A stretch of DNA of 64,000 nt from Glaucostegus cemiculus (lineage: Eukaryota): assembly GCA_976551045.1 (NCBI GenBank), contig CDPCPM010000014.1:30690001-30754000 (forward strand), in the 5' to 3' direction. The position numbers and the translations under genes were made by a program. The notes below the pieces were generated by a model, which did no database searches, was not told where the DNA came from, and was given only the letters and a program-made list of their open reading frames with translations. This document shows, in pieces, positions 63,780 to 64,000 of this stretch; position 1 is the stretch's first letter; the number at the start of each line of letters is the position of its first letter.

Positions 63780-63950
63780 AACCTCTTATGGTTTAACATC
63801 TCATCTAAAACCAAACTTCTCACCGTACAGTACTCACTCAGTATGTACCTGATGTGTTAACTTAGAACATAACTCAAATCTCTCAAGTGGGTGTTGAACC
63901 CACAGCTTTCTAACACAGAGGCATGAAGGCTGCTTTTGAACCAAGCCTGA
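63780..63950 (-). mobile_element. Deu-domain SINE 5' part
   Basis: ggtttaacatctcatctaaaa..cagtactcactcagta..tctctcaagtgggtgttgaacccacagc (reverse head plus Deu domain). Confidence 0.7.
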
Positions 63951-64000
63951 TACCAGTAATATTTGGTGTGAAAATGATTCATAAACAAGCAATAGATCTG

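Noticed and set aside
1-64000. CRISPR arrays, operons, rRNA genes, endogenous viral genes
   Set aside because: No regularly spaced repeat-spacer array, prokaryotic gene structure, rRNA motif or gag/env/integrase-like ORF seen

Overview
Eukaryotic, AT-rich, repeat-dense, essentially non-coding DNA (large intron or gene desert). The repeats point to a cartilaginous fish, probably a ray/batoid: HER1-like CR1 LINEs, HE1-like V-SINEs, Deu-domain SINEs, Rex1/Babar, RTE, Tx1/L1, L2 and Penelope-like elements (PLEs). I recognise no host protein-coding gene; every interpretable ORF is a decayed retrotransposon fragment. The most interesting signal is a set of short non-autonomous PLE terminal-repeat derivatives carrying a minimal hammerhead-ribozyme (HHR) motif. 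One is a 136-bp solo copy with a 14-bp target-site duplication inside a Tx1 RT catalytic motif, and two are fold-back palindromes centred on the CTGANGA core. Also seen: V-SINEs with two different LINE-derived tails, a three-level nested insertion, a locally templated insertion, a hairpin micro-inversion, weak candidate exons and CNE-like unique blocks. Family names come from motif recognition by eye, not database searches, and most boundaries are approximate (tens of bp).
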